A stretch of 64,000 nt of DNA, from NCBI GenBank assembly GCA_963666275.2, contig CAXXOA010000002.1:64001-128000 (forward strand), in the 5' to 3' direction. The notes beneath the pieces were generated by a model. That model was not told where the DNA came from. It did no database searches and saw only the letters and a program-made list of their open reading frames with translations. Both the position numbers and the translations under genes were made by a program. Source of the DNA: Oceanispirochaeta sp. Lineage in GTDB: Bacteria > Spirochaetota > Spirochaetia > DSM-2461. Of this stretch, positions 9,075 through 18,446 are shown piece after piece; position 1 is the first letter of the stretch; the number at the start of each line of letters is the position of its first letter.

Positions 9075-11063
9075 TCAAAGGGCGAAAATTTTTCCCTGCT
9101 TATACTCTCCCCACACAGTTTCGAACCAGTGTTCCTCCCGGGGGATATCCCGGCAGGCTTCCCAGAAGATCCTGAGATCTCCCGAAGGAGTATCAAGGAC
9201 GATTTTCTGCATCTGAGCCTTCAGTTCAGGATTTTCATTCTTCACTGTAAAGCCTTCCTCCAGCTGTTCATGAAGAGCTGTCCCTCCGTCATCCAGGACT
9301 AGGAAGGATCCGCGGCTTCCGCCTCCCTGAGCCAGGTAATCCTCAATGGCTTTGAGATAGAACCAGTGGGAAATGGCCAGATGTCTCTGTTTCAGGGCAT
9401 AGGGTAGTCTGGACCGGCTGATCCTCAAGTCCCGGAAGGAGTCCACCAGGGATGCGGCCTCTTCCGTATGGAGAGAGATGGTTCTCATATCCCGGATAAG
9501 GGCTCCGTACTTACTCATTCTATACTGAAAATCCTCCGCATAGCGGCGTTCGCATTTTTCCTCAGGAGAAGCAGAGGTTATGGTCTCCACCAGGGTCATA
9601 AAAGAGCTCAGTGCCTCTTCAGCCGACTCCATTGCCCGCTCCAGATCAAGAGAGCTTTCCCGGTACTCCCTGGCGATTTTCTGACTGGCTCTCCAGGCAC
9701 CCACCTGACCTGCGTTGAGAGCAGTTCCCCCGGGACGATAAATCCCATGGGAACCATTGACTTCCCCAATGGGAAAGAAGTGCTTGAGATTGACCGATTC
9801 CCACCAGTGATCTCCTGCCAGACCGCCGTTATTATGCTGTGCCGCCACTGTGATCTGCAGGGGCTCATTAACAAGGTCTATATGATGATCCCTGTAGAGT
9901 TCCACAGCATCGGGATTCAGTTCAAACAGCCTGTCGATAGGCAGTTTTCCGGTCAGTCCGGACTGTTTCCAGTACTCCCGCGCCTCTTCAGAGAGGCTGT
10001 GGGGGGTGAAAACACCTATGGAAACATCTCCCACAGGATTTTCTCTGAAATCCATATAGACTTTGCGACCCAGAATTTCTTCTTCTCTGTATATGAGAAG
10101 ATCGATCAGGGAAGAGCCGTGATTCAGAATCCGTCCCGGGTCAAAAGGCCACTGATAGCCTTTCAGAAAAATAGCACTGGCAAGTTTATCCATGGAAGGA
10201 AAAAAGGCATTCAGAAAGTAATGCTTCTCTTCCGTTTCGGGATCAATGCTGTAATAGGACGGGATAACCTGCTGGTAGCTGCCTGACAGGTTCCAACGGA
10301 ATTTGACTGACCCGATACCGAACTGGGACTCTGTGAGATTCACGGCCTGTGCTCCCGCTTCCAGGGCAAGGCCTATTCCTCCTGTATGGGCAGGAGGATA
10401 AACAGAGTTTCTGTAAAGTCCTCCCGGGCCTCCCAGGCCGAATACCATATTATCGCAGAGAACAACTTTCACACCGTAGTTATTGGAATCGAGGTCCCTT
10501 TTATTCAGAACGATAGCGCCGACTATCCGGTTGTCCCCGGTCAGAAGTTTGACAACATCATGATGATCCCTGATACAGAGATCCAGATGATTCACTTCCT
10601 TTTCCAGAGCTTCTACCATCTTCTTTGATGTATAGGGCCCCAGAGAGGTGCCCCGGGCATTGGGATCGTGGTCCGTCTTGTAGCCGGTGTACCCGCCCCA
10701 GCGGTTGTAGGGGAAATCCACCCCCAGCCCTACCAGATGATAGAATCCGTTTTCCGAGCAGAGAGACTCCACCAGAGCAAGATCACCGTGAACAGCCCCT
10801 CCCTTGAATATGGACTGAGCCATCAGATAGGGAGAATCGGGCTGCCCTGAGGAATCTGACAATTTGTAATAGGTCTGTTTATCCGAACCTGTATTCCGGG
10901 AGGTCCCGCCTTTCATATTATCTGTAATAATGCAGATATCATCCACACCGGATCGCTTCAGCCGGACAGCAGCGGCAAGCGAGGCCGCTCCGCTTCCCAG
11001 CACAACAGTATGATGATAGAAGACTGGGACAGCAACTCCGTTCCAATCAATTGTATCGGTCAT
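9075..11063 (-). CDS. FAD-dependent oxidoreductase, SdhA/FrdA/NadB flavoprotein superfamily, unknown substrate
   Basis: VVLGSGAA dinucleotide motif, QHNNGGL, GEVNGSHGIYRPGG and a C-terminal SRG motif. Confidence 0.8.
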   Translation of the reverse strand: MTDTIDWNGVAVPVFYHHTVVLGSGAASLAAAVRLKRSGVDDICIITDNMKGGTSRNTGSDKQTYYKLSDSSGQPDSPYLMAQSIFKGGAVHGDLALVESLCSENGFYHLVGLGVDFPYNRWGGYTGYKTDHDPNARGTSLGPYTSKKMVEALEKEVNHLDLCIRDHHDVVKLLTGDNRIVGAIVLNKRDLDSNNYGVKVVLCDNMVFGLGGPGGLYRNSVYPPAHTGGIGLALEAGAQAVNLTESQFGIGSVKFRWNLSGSYQQVIPSYYSIDPETEEKHYFLNAFFPSMDKLASAIFLKGYQWPFDPGRILNHGSSLIDLLIYREEEILGRKVYMDFRENPVGDVSIGVFTPHSLSEEAREYWKQSGLTGKLPIDRLFELNPDAVELYRDHHIDLVNEPLQITVAAQHNNGGLAGDHWWESVNLKHFFPIGEVNGSHGIYRPGGTALNAGQVGAWRASQKIAREYRESSLDLERAMESAEEALSSFMTLVETITSASPEEKCERRYAEDFQYRMSKYGALIRDMRTISLHTEEAASLVDSFRDLRISRSRLPYALKQRHLAISHWFYLKAIEDYLAQGGGSRGSFLVLDDGGTALHEQLEEGFTVKNENPELKAQMQKIVLDTPSGDLRIFWEACRDIPREEHWFETVWGEYKQGKIFAL

Positions 11064-12433
11064 TACTTCAGACCTTTTTCCTTCGCGGCGGTCCGTCCCT
11101 TCTGAAGCTCCGCTTTATAAACCTCTCCATCCCGTACGGGACAGCCGTTTTTACCTAATACATCTTTCATGATCTGAGAACACAGGGAACAGGCCAGGCA
11201 GCATTTGCTCTTGTCCATTTCACCTGTTCTGATGATATCCGCAACAGAATCGGGATAGGCGAAACTACCCCTGCCCTGTCCCACCAGCCGGCACCAGTCC
11301 TGCTCGACCAGACCAGCCGCCACCTGGGGAAACAGGTTCTTCAGCCAGCCCAGGGCAGCGGTTGCCACAGGAACAGGGCTTATGGCTTTCTGAAGTTCTC
11401 TTCCCACCTGCTGGAACCGGACGATTCCCTCCAGGGGATGCTCCGGAGGAGTCTTGCCTCCGGCAATGGGATTATTAAAAGGCCTGTTCATATAGGGCGA
11501 TGTTCTGGGATATCCTATGGAAAAATTGAACACCGGCATGGATGTCTGATCCACCAGTTCCCTGGCAAACCTGAGAGGCTCAGTCAGATCCATTTCCCGG
11601 CTGCCCTTTTCGGGTTTGACACCCCATCCGTAGGGATAAACAGAAGGTTCATGCATGGTCAGACGGGCTGTGATGAAGTGATCGCTTCCCATTTCCTGCG
11701 CAATTCCCATGGAACAGTCCCGGACAAAGCGGGTTCTGTTCTCATAGCTGCCCCCGTATTTGCCCTCTCTGGTATGGGCACAGAGCATTTCACCTGTGAG
11801 ATAGCCGTGAACGGCTTTCATTTCCACACCGTCAAATCCGGCCCGGGCGGCAAGCTTGCTGTTATGAATGAAAAGATCCTTCATCCGGTCAAGCTGGTCA
11901 TCTGTTGCCGGAGGATAGGAATCATCGATTCCCGCCAGAGCATCCAGCTCCGGATTGTGATGGATAATAACAGGAACGGGAGTCCCCTCGGGCTTGCTCC
12001 ATCTTCCCGAATGGGAGAGCTGAAGCACAAGGACGACTTCATGTCCCCATTTATCAACCGCGGCCTTGCGGGTTTCCTGAACCAGTCTCTTCCAGACATC
12101 CAGGTTTTCCTCGGTAATCATAAGCTGCCTGGGATTACTCTTTCCATCCCTGGAAATAACAGCGGCTTCGAACCATATGAGCCCCGCTCCGCCGAGAGCG
12201 AACCTTTTATACCGGCGGAAGGTCAGTTCCGAAGGGGCGGAGGTTTCAGGATCCGCATCTATCCCTTCCATGGGCTGAACAACAAACCTGTTGGGCAGAG
12301 TCCATTTCCCAATGCTAACCTGTTCCGACAGGATTTTTGTATTTCCGCTTATCGGAAGGACCAGTCCCAGATCATCAAGCCTGGCTCTCAGATCTGAAAT
12401 ATCCTTCAATTTAAATCTTTCAAATTCTGACAT
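11063..12433 (-). CDS. NADH:flavin oxidoreductase / old yellow enzyme family with C-terminal Cys cluster
   Basis: NRFVVQPMEG, GGAGLIWFEA, QLSHSGR, AGFDGVEMKAVHGYL, YGGSYENR and CLACSLC...C. Start chosen at ATG 12433. Confidence 0.88.
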   Translation of the reverse strand: MSEFERFKLKDISDLRARLDDLGLVLPISGNTKILSEQVSIGKWTLPNRFVVQPMEGIDADPETSAPSELTFRRYKRFALGGAGLIWFEAAVISRDGKSNPRQLMITEENLDVWKRLVQETRKAAVDKWGHEVVLVLQLSHSGRWSKPEGTPVPVIIHHNPELDALAGIDDSYPPATDDQLDRMKDLFIHNSKLAARAGFDGVEMKAVHGYLTGEMLCAHTREGKYGGSYENRTRFVRDCSMGIAQEMGSDHFITARLTMHEPSVYPYGWGVKPEKGSREMDLTEPLRFARELVDQTSMPVFNFSIGYPRTSPYMNRPFNNPIAGGKTPPEHPLEGIVRFQQVGRELQKAISPVPVATAALGWLKNLFPQVAAGLVEQDWCRLVGQGRGSFAYPDSVADIIRTGEMDKSKCCLACSLCSQIMKDVLGKNGCPVRDGEVYKAELQKGRTAAKEKGLK

Positions 12434-13940
12434 CTTCTGTTTCCTCGTCTTCGCATTCAACTTTCGGTTTTTTCACAAGTTTCAGCAGAGAAGGACCTGC
12501 GAGGATTATCACTACAGTCAACAGGAATACAAGACTGATAGGACGGGTGACAAAAGTGGACCAGTGGCCTTCAGAAAGCATCAGAGACCGACGGAAGTTG
12601 GTTTCAAAGAGGGGTCCCAGAATCATTCCGAGAATGATGGGAGCCACGGAAAAGTGTATCTGTTTCAGAAAGAAACCGAGAACACCTGCAACGATCAGGA
12701 CAAAGACATCAAAAATCGAGTTATTGATGGCATAGGATCCAACGAGACAGAAGATAAATACCGCAGGGATCAGGATACTCTTCTTCACAGTAATGAGCCT
12801 GCTGAATACCCGGGCGCCGGCCAGGCCGATAACCAGCATGAAAACAACAGAGAGCAGAAGACTGATAAAGATGGAGGAAACAAAGGGCATCTGCTGCTGA
12901 AAAAGGATGGGACCGGGCCGCAGTCCCTGAATGATCAGACCGCCCATCAGAACGGCAGTCATGGGGTCTCCGGGAACTCCCAGGGTCATCATGGGAATCA
13001 GAGCGCCGCCGGTACTGGCGTTGTTGGCAGCTTCAGGTGCCGCCACTCCATCGATAATACCTGTCCCGAGAAGGTTTTTGTTCTTTCCGAGTTTTTTCTC
13101 CTGACCGTAGGCAACCAGGGATGCAATGGAGCCTCCCGCTGCGGGGATAGCGCCGATCATGGTTCCGATAAAGGAAGATCTTACGATAGAAGGAATCAGT
13201 CTTTTAATATCTTTCAGACTGGGAACAACCTTATCCAGTTTCTGGGTAATCACAGTTCTATGATCATCTTTGGCAATCTGGTTCAGCATTTCCGCGATAC
13301 CATAAACACCGATCATGACAGGAATGCTGTCTATACCGTCCAGCAGTTCGGCTTTACTGAAAACCATACGGGGAACGCTGGAGATAGGATCCAGACCGGC
13401 TGAACCGAGGATAAGACCGATCGTTCCTCCGATAAGACCTTTGACTGTGGAACCGGGACTGATAATGGCAATGACGCTCAAACCGATAAGGGCTATTCCC
13501 ACATACTCTTCAGCACTGAACTTCAGAGCCACGCTGGCAATCAGAGGAGCCGCCACACTCAGGACTAGAACACTGAACAGTCCCCCCAGGGCGGAGGCAA
13601 CGACGGAGATACCGATGGCTTCTCCGGCTCTTCCTTTCTGACAGAGAGGATAACCGTCAAAACTCGTGGCAATGGACGAAGGTGTACCGGGAATATTTAT
13701 AAGGATGGCGGAAATGGATCCCCCATAAACTGCTCCCGTATAGAGTCCCAGGAGAAATGCAAAAGACACAACAGGATCAAGACCGAATGTAAAAGGGATA
13801 AAAACCGCAATGGTCATGGTCGAAGTGAGTCCCGGAAGGGAACCGAAAACGATCCCCACAAGGACACCGAAAAATGATGTTATAAACATCATGGGATTGG
13901 CAAAGTAATGTAGACCGGCTACGTATAAATCGAATGACAT
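12420..13940 (-). CDS. tctA: Tripartite tricarboxylate transporter large membrane subunit
   Basis: YGGSISAILINIPGTPS, APEAANNA and TLGVPG signatures; 506 aa and highly hydrophobic. Confidence 0.95.
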   Translation of the reverse strand: MSFDLYVAGLHYFANPMMFITSFFGVLVGIVFGSLPGLTSTMTIAVFIPFTFGLDPVVSFAFLLGLYTGAVYGGSISAILINIPGTPSSIATSFDGYPLCQKGRAGEAIGISVVASALGGLFSVLVLSVAAPLIASVALKFSAEEYVGIALIGLSVIAIISPGSTVKGLIGGTIGLILGSAGLDPISSVPRMVFSKAELLDGIDSIPVMIGVYGIAEMLNQIAKDDHRTVITQKLDKVVPSLKDIKRLIPSIVRSSFIGTMIGAIPAAGGSIASLVAYGQEKKLGKNKNLLGTGIIDGVAAPEAANNASTGGALIPMMTLGVPGDPMTAVLMGGLIIQGLRPGPILFQQQMPFVSSIFISLLLSVVFMLVIGLAGARVFSRLITVKKSILIPAVFIFCLVGSYAINNSIFDVFVLIVAGVLGFFLKQIHFSVAPIILGMILGPLFETNFRRSLMLSEGHWSTFVTRPISLVFLLTVVIILAGPSLLKLVKKPKVECEDEETEDVRI

Positions 13941-13952
13941 AAACAGACTCCT

Positions 13953-14441
13953 CTAGAATAACAGGCCCGTAGGGAACGGGATTCGGAGAATAATTTTAAA
14001 AATAACGTACATAACAATCGTCAGGAGCAGTGTGGTTACCATGATCCTGATCATGTGCTTTTTCGGTTCATCCGTCAGAATGACAAGCATGATGGCAAGG
14101 AACAGGAAAGCGGCGAAAGCGAAGCCCAGATGCTCCAGAATCAGGGGATAAACCACAAGAAGGGCCAGGGTCAGGAACATGTTCAGTCCGCCCTTGGTCT
14201 TATACAGAGGAGCCTTTTTAACCGGAGGAGGACAGTCTTCCGGAACAGGAACTACCTTCAGTGAAGATCTCATCATTAAAAGGGAGAGAACTCCCAGTAA
14301 TACCGATAACATTTTGGGATAGAATCCAGCACTCATGGCAGCCGGAGCTCCTGCCCTTACAGGCAGTGTAGTCGTATAGGAAAACAACGCTACAGAAATA
14401 ACGAGAAATACGATACTGGCTGCCAGATCTTTCTTATTCAT
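13953..14441 (-). CDS. tctB: Tripartite tricarboxylate transporter small subunit
   Basis: Small membrane protein with FYP, LGF and C-terminal PTG; lies between tctC and tctA. Confidence 0.88.
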   Translation of the reverse strand: MNKKDLAASIVFLVISVALFSYTTTLPVRAGAPAAMSAGFYPKMLSVLLGVLSLLMMRSSLKVVPVPEDCPPPVKKAPLYKTKGGLNMFLTLALLVVYPLILEHLGFAFAAFLFLAIMLVILTDEPKKHMIRIMVTTLLLTIVMYVIFKIILRIPFPTGLLF

Positions 14442-14565
14442 GGAACATACTCCTTGGACTTTTTGAGTTTTTTGTCATGTATCATTAAATGAGTATAAAA
14501 GGAAAAAAAATCAATTGTGTGAAAAAGGGGGAAACTGGGGGCTCACAGCCCCCATTAAGAACTTT

Positions 14566-15537
14566 TTAATCGTCTACAAACTCGACACCGAGATCATTAA
14601 CAAGATAGTTCAGCTGCGCTTCAGCAGCATTAACAACTTCATGGAATTCCATGCGGTTGCTGTAAAGGGGCTGATATCCGGCTTTCAGAAGGAAGTCACG
14701 GATGGCAGGATCTTCCAGACATTTACCGATGGCTTCATCAAGGATCCGGATTTTTTCGGGATCAGTATCAGCAGGAGCTACAAAACCGGAGTAGTTACCC
14801 AGAACAATATCAAAGCCCTTCTCTTTCAGAGTGGGGACATCGGGATAGTCGGGGTGACGTTCCGCAGAAGCAATGGCCAGCAGTCTCAGATCTCCGGAAG
14901 CCACGTGCTGTGCTACGTCGGGAAGAGGAATATTGGTGGAATCAACATGACCGCCCAGAAGTGCGGTTACACCTTCGGCATATCCGTCATAGGGAATGTG
15001 ATTCAGTTCAATCCCGGCTTCAGCAGCAAAGATTTCCGCATAGATGTGGGCACTGGCACCATTTCCGGAGTTGGAGTTTTTCAGTTCACCGGGGTGAGCT
15101 TTCGCATATTCCACATACTCTTCAATGGTCTGCCAGGGGCTGTCCGCATTAACTGTAACAGTCGCAGGAATTGTAATTACCTGAGAAATCAGTTCTACAT
15201 TTTTAATATCGGGGTAAACAGGTGAAATATATTTAGCCGATATGGTGGACATAGAAGTTGTACCGATAACATAACCGTCGTTGTTACTGTTTTCGATAAG
15301 CAGTGAACCGACAACTCCGCCACCGCCGGGTTTGTTTTCAACAATAAAGTTTACTCCGAAGTAATCTTCCAGCCAGGATGTAATCGGTCTGGTCAGAACG
15401 TCAGTCATACCGCCTACGGACCAGGGAATGATGACCTTGACATCTTTACTCGGATAAGAAGCTTCTTCCTGAGAACCTTCTGCAAAAATTGTGAATGTGA
15501 GTGTGATTGCAAATACAATCGCCAGCATCCTTTTCAT
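14566..15537 (-). CDS. tctC: Tripartite tricarboxylate transporter substrate-binding protein (Bug/TctC)
   Basis: YPSKDVKVIIPWSVGGMTD, VENKPGGGG, PDVPTLKE; signal peptide from ATG 15537 with a GGAGG SD. Confidence 0.92.
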   Translation of the reverse strand: MKRMLAIVFAITLTFTIFAEGSQEEASYPSKDVKVIIPWSVGGMTDVLTRPITSWLEDYFGVNFIVENKPGGGGVVGSLLIENSNNDGYVIGTTSMSTISAKYISPVYPDIKNVELISQVITIPATVTVNADSPWQTIEEYVEYAKAHPGELKNSNSGNGASAHIYAEIFAAEAGIELNHIPYDGYAEGVTALLGGHVDSTNIPLPDVAQHVASGDLRLLAIASAERHPDYPDVPTLKEKGFDIVLGNYSGFVAPADTDPEKIRILDEAIGKCLEDPAIRDFLLKAGYQPLYSNRMEFHEVVNAAEAQLNYLVNDLGVEFVDD

Positions 15538-15558
15538 GTAAATCCTCCAATGATTTTC

Positions 15559-15643
15559 TTGCATGCAACTAAAAATCAGATTATACCCGATGGTACGGTT
15601 TGTCAATAAAAAATTATCCAGAAACCGTTTAATGCATGCAACT
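15559..15643. promoter_or_regulatory. tctC promoter flanked by two TGCATGCAA operator-like palindromes
   Basis: TTGCATGCAACT at 15559 and ATGCATGCAACT at 15632 flank the minus-strand TTGACA (15606-15601)-17 bp-TAATCT. Confidence 0.6.
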
Positions 15644-15680
15644 ATCTATCCTATTTCACTATCTCATAGCGATTTAAGAT

Positions 15681-16682
15681 TCATAAAAAAATTGTGTTTC
15701 CTTCCAGATATTCCCCTGTAAGTACCGAACGCAGGGGTTTGACGGATTTTTCAATAATATAGCCGTTCAGCCAGCTGCCTGCGGTTCTTCCCAGTTCGTG
15801 AATGGAGAGGGACACTGTGTCGATTCTTCGGTCCAGCAGCCCCTGAATGGGGGAATCGTCCACTCCGGCCAGAGAGATGTCCTCGGGAAAGCGGAATCCC
15901 CGTGCCTGGGCAGTCTGAAGGAAAGAGACTGCCACGATATCGTTAAAGGCAAAAACCGCGTTGAAACGGTGCTCCTCTACCCAGCCCATAACGGACTGGG
16001 AAATTTCATGAAAGTCGGAAACATCAAACCGGGAGTGAGCTCCCATGGCAAGTCCTCCGGCTTCAAAGGAACCGGAAATGACTTCATACCGCTTATCTGA
16101 AATTTCAGGAAGCCCCCTGTACCCTATAAAACAGGGCCTGAGATCTTTCCTGCGGGATTCCATAAGCCTCCCGGCGATCTTTGTTAACCCTTCAGAGACG
16201 TCGTACATAACATAACTGCCGCTGCGGGCTTTTCTGTTCAGAAGAATATAGGGGATCTCCCTCTCTTTCAGCGTGGCCGTCAGTTCTCTGCCGGGTTTGG
16301 TAAAAGCAAAAACACAACCGTCAATCTGTCCTGTTTTTTTCCGTTCCAGAAAATCCAGGTTTCCATCGTTTACCCGGGTGATGAAATTAAGCTTCACATC
16401 ACCGAAACCTTCCTGTATGGATTCGATCAGTTCTGATATATTGTAGAAGAAGTGGGTAATCGTGGAGTGCCCATGGGGAAGAAAGAGATGAATATTCAGA
16501 ATCGCTCTGGACACATGCTTTTTAATGGCCCTCTTCTGATACCCCATTTTTTCTGCGGTTTCCAGAATCTGTCTGGACCGTTCATCACTGATCAGGGTGG
16601 ACTTATTCAGTACCCTGGAAACAGTACTGGGAGAGATATCAAGCTCTTTTGCAATATCATATACAGTTATACGTTTTCCCAT
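15681..16682 (-). CDS. LacI-family transcriptional regulator
   Basis: TVYDIAKELDISPSTVSRVLN HTH; FND, PEDISLAGVDD effector-domain motifs. Confidence 0.9.
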   Translation of the reverse strand: MGKRITVYDIAKELDISPSTVSRVLNKSTLISDERSRQILETAEKMGYQKRAIKKHVSRAILNIHLFLPHGHSTITHFFYNISELIESIQEGFGDVKLNFITRVNDGNLDFLERKKTGQIDGCVFAFTKPGRELTATLKEREIPYILLNRKARSGSYVMYDVSEGLTKIAGRLMESRRKDLRPCFIGYRGLPEISDKRYEVISGSFEAGGLAMGAHSRFDVSDFHEISQSVMGWVEEHRFNAVFAFNDIVAVSFLQTAQARGFRFPEDISLAGVDDSPIQGLLDRRIDTVSLSIHELGRTAGSWLNGYIIEKSVKPLRSVLTGEYLEGNTIFL

Positions 16683-16691
16683 TTTTGCCCC

Positions 16692-16744
16692 TTGACAGAT
16701 TTATTGCGTGCAATTAACTTACAATAGATTTCCATTTTTGTCAA
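16692..16744. promoter_or_regulatory. Overlapping divergent sigma70 promoters (lacI / SDR) containing a third operator copy
   Basis: Plus strand TTGACA (16692)-17 bp-TAACTT; minus strand TTGACA (16744)-17 bp-TAAGTT; ATTGCGTGCAAT at 16703-16714. Confidence 0.6.
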
Positions 16745-16769
16745 AATATACTTCAGGAGGAACAGGAAT

Positions 16770-17561
16770 ATGAAGTCTCTGGAAAAAAAAGTTGTCCTTG
16801 TGACAGGTTCCAGCCGGGGGATCGGAAGAGGGATCGCGCTGGAAATGGCCGCTTCCGGATTCAGTGTTGCCATCAACTACAGCGGAAACAGAGAGGCTGC
16901 GGATGAAACCCTGAAGTTATGCCGGGAACAGGCGGTTTCCGACTCCCAGAGTTTTGCCGTCTTTCAGGCGGATATAAGCAGAGAAGAGGACAGGACAAGA
17001 CTCCTGAAGGAAGTGATCGAAGAGTTCGGTGATATTCACAGCCTTGTGAACAATGCGGGTGTGGCTCCCAAAGAGCGTCTGGATCTGCTTGAAATGAGCG
17101 AGGGGTCCTTTGACAGGCTGATGACCATAAATCTCAAGGGGGCGTTTTTCCTTTCCCAGGCTGTGTCCCGATACTGGCTCTCTAAACCGGAGTTACGTTC
17201 TGAATTCAGGAGCCTCATTTTTGTGACATCCGTCTCTTCCGAGATGGTTTCCATCAACAGAGGGGAATACTGCATAGCCAAAACAGGCCTCTCCATGTCG
17301 GCGAAACTGTTTGCCCGACGCCTGGCGGCTGATAATGTCGGCGTCTATGAGATTCGTCCGGGGATCATCCAGACCGACATGACCGGAACTGTCAAAGACA
17401 AGTACGATCAATTAATCGCAGACGGTCTGGTTCCCCAGAAAAGATGGGGATTTCCCAAAGACATAGGAAGCGCCGCCGCATCCCTCAGCAGAGGAGACTT
17501 CTCCTACTCGAGCGGAACAGTCATTCATGTCGACGGCGGTCTGCACATACCGGAGCTCTGA
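16770..17561 (+). CDS. Short-chain dehydrogenase/reductase (3-ketoacyl-ACP reductase-like)
   Basis: TGSSRGIG, NNAG, YCIAK (YxxxK) and VDGG motifs. Confidence 0.9.
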   Translation: MKSLEKKVVLVTGSSRGIGRGIALEMAASGFSVAINYSGNREAADETLKLCREQAVSDSQSFAVFQADISREEDRTRLLKEVIEEFGDIHSLVNNAGVAPKERLDLLEMSEGSFDRLMTINLKGAFFLSQAVSRYWLSKPELRSEFRSLIFVTSVSSEMVSINRGEYCIAKTGLSMSAKLFARRLAADNVGVYEIRPGIIQTDMTGTVKDKYDQLIADGLVPQKRWGFPKDIGSAAASLSRGDFSYSSGTVIHVDGGLHIPEL

Positions 17562-17594
17562 TCCCTATCCGAAGAGCACACCCAGGAGTAAACA

Positions 17595-18446
17595 ATGAAT
17601 AAAATTCTTGCAAAGACACAGCTGTCGGCTGATGTATTCCGTATGAAAATCGAAGCCCCTCTCATTGCGGAAGAGAGACAGGCGGGGCAGTTTCTGATCC
17701 TGCAGGTGGACAAGGAGTACGGAGAACGGATTCCTCTGACCATTGCCAACGCCGATGCGGAAGAAGGATTTATTGAGATCATCTTCCAGGCTGTGGGGGC
17801 GACCACCCTGAAACTGAGCCGTAAAAATGCCGGTGATACCATCGAAACCGTCCTGGGCCCTCTTGGACAGCCTACGCATATTGAAAAAATGGACGGCCCC
17901 GTGGTCTGTGTGGGAGGCGGTATCGGCGTGGCTCCCATGCACCCGATCGTTCAGGCCCACAAAGAAGCGGGCAATCGGGTCATTGTGATTATGGGCGCTC
18001 GGAACAAAGACCTTCTGATTATGAAGGAAGAGATGGAAGCCCTGGCGGATGAACTTATCATCTGTACCGACGACGGCTCCTACGGCCGGAAAGATCTGGT
18101 CACGGTCCCCCTGAAGGAACTCTGCGAAAAAGACGTTCCCCCGGCGGAAGTGGTGGCCATCGGCCCCCCGATCATGATGAAATTCTGCGCCGAAACCACA
18201 AGGCCCTACAAAGTCCCCACCACAGTCTCCCTGAATACAATCATGGTGGACGGTACGGGTATGTGCGGCGGCTGCCGGGTCACTATCGGCGGCAAAACCA
18301 AATTCGTCTGTGTAGACGGCCCCGAGTTTGACGGTCACCTGGTGGACTTTGACAATATGATGTCCCGTCTGAAAGCCTACAAGGGCCAGGAGAGCCACCG
18401 CTGCAACCTGGACGCCCAGGCGGAGAAACTGGAGAAGAACAAATGA
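17595..18446 (+). CDS. nfnA: Electron-bifurcating transhydrogenase small subunit NfnA (FAD, 2Fe-2S)
   Basis: GQF, ERIPLTI, GPLG, GGGIG, TDDGSYG and DGTGMCGGC...CVDGPEF motifs. Confidence 0.88.
   Translation: MNKILAKTQLSADVFRMKIEAPLIAEERQAGQFLILQVDKEYGERIPLTIANADAEEGFIEIIFQAVGATTLKLSRKNAGDTIETVLGPLGQPTHIEKMDGPVVCVGGGIGVAPMHPIVQAHKEAGNRVIVIMGARNKDLLIMKEEMEALADELIICTDDGSYGRKDLVTVPLKELCEKDVPPAEVVAIGPPIMMKFCAETTRPYKVPTTVSLNTIMVDGTGMCGGCRVTIGGKTKFVCVDGPEFDGHLVDFDNMMSRLKAYKGQESHRCNLDAQAEKLEKNK

Noticed and set aside
9075..11063. sdhA/frdA or nadB
   Set aside because: The AQGG segment is missing, and there are no Fe-S/anchor subunits or nadA/nadC neighbours.
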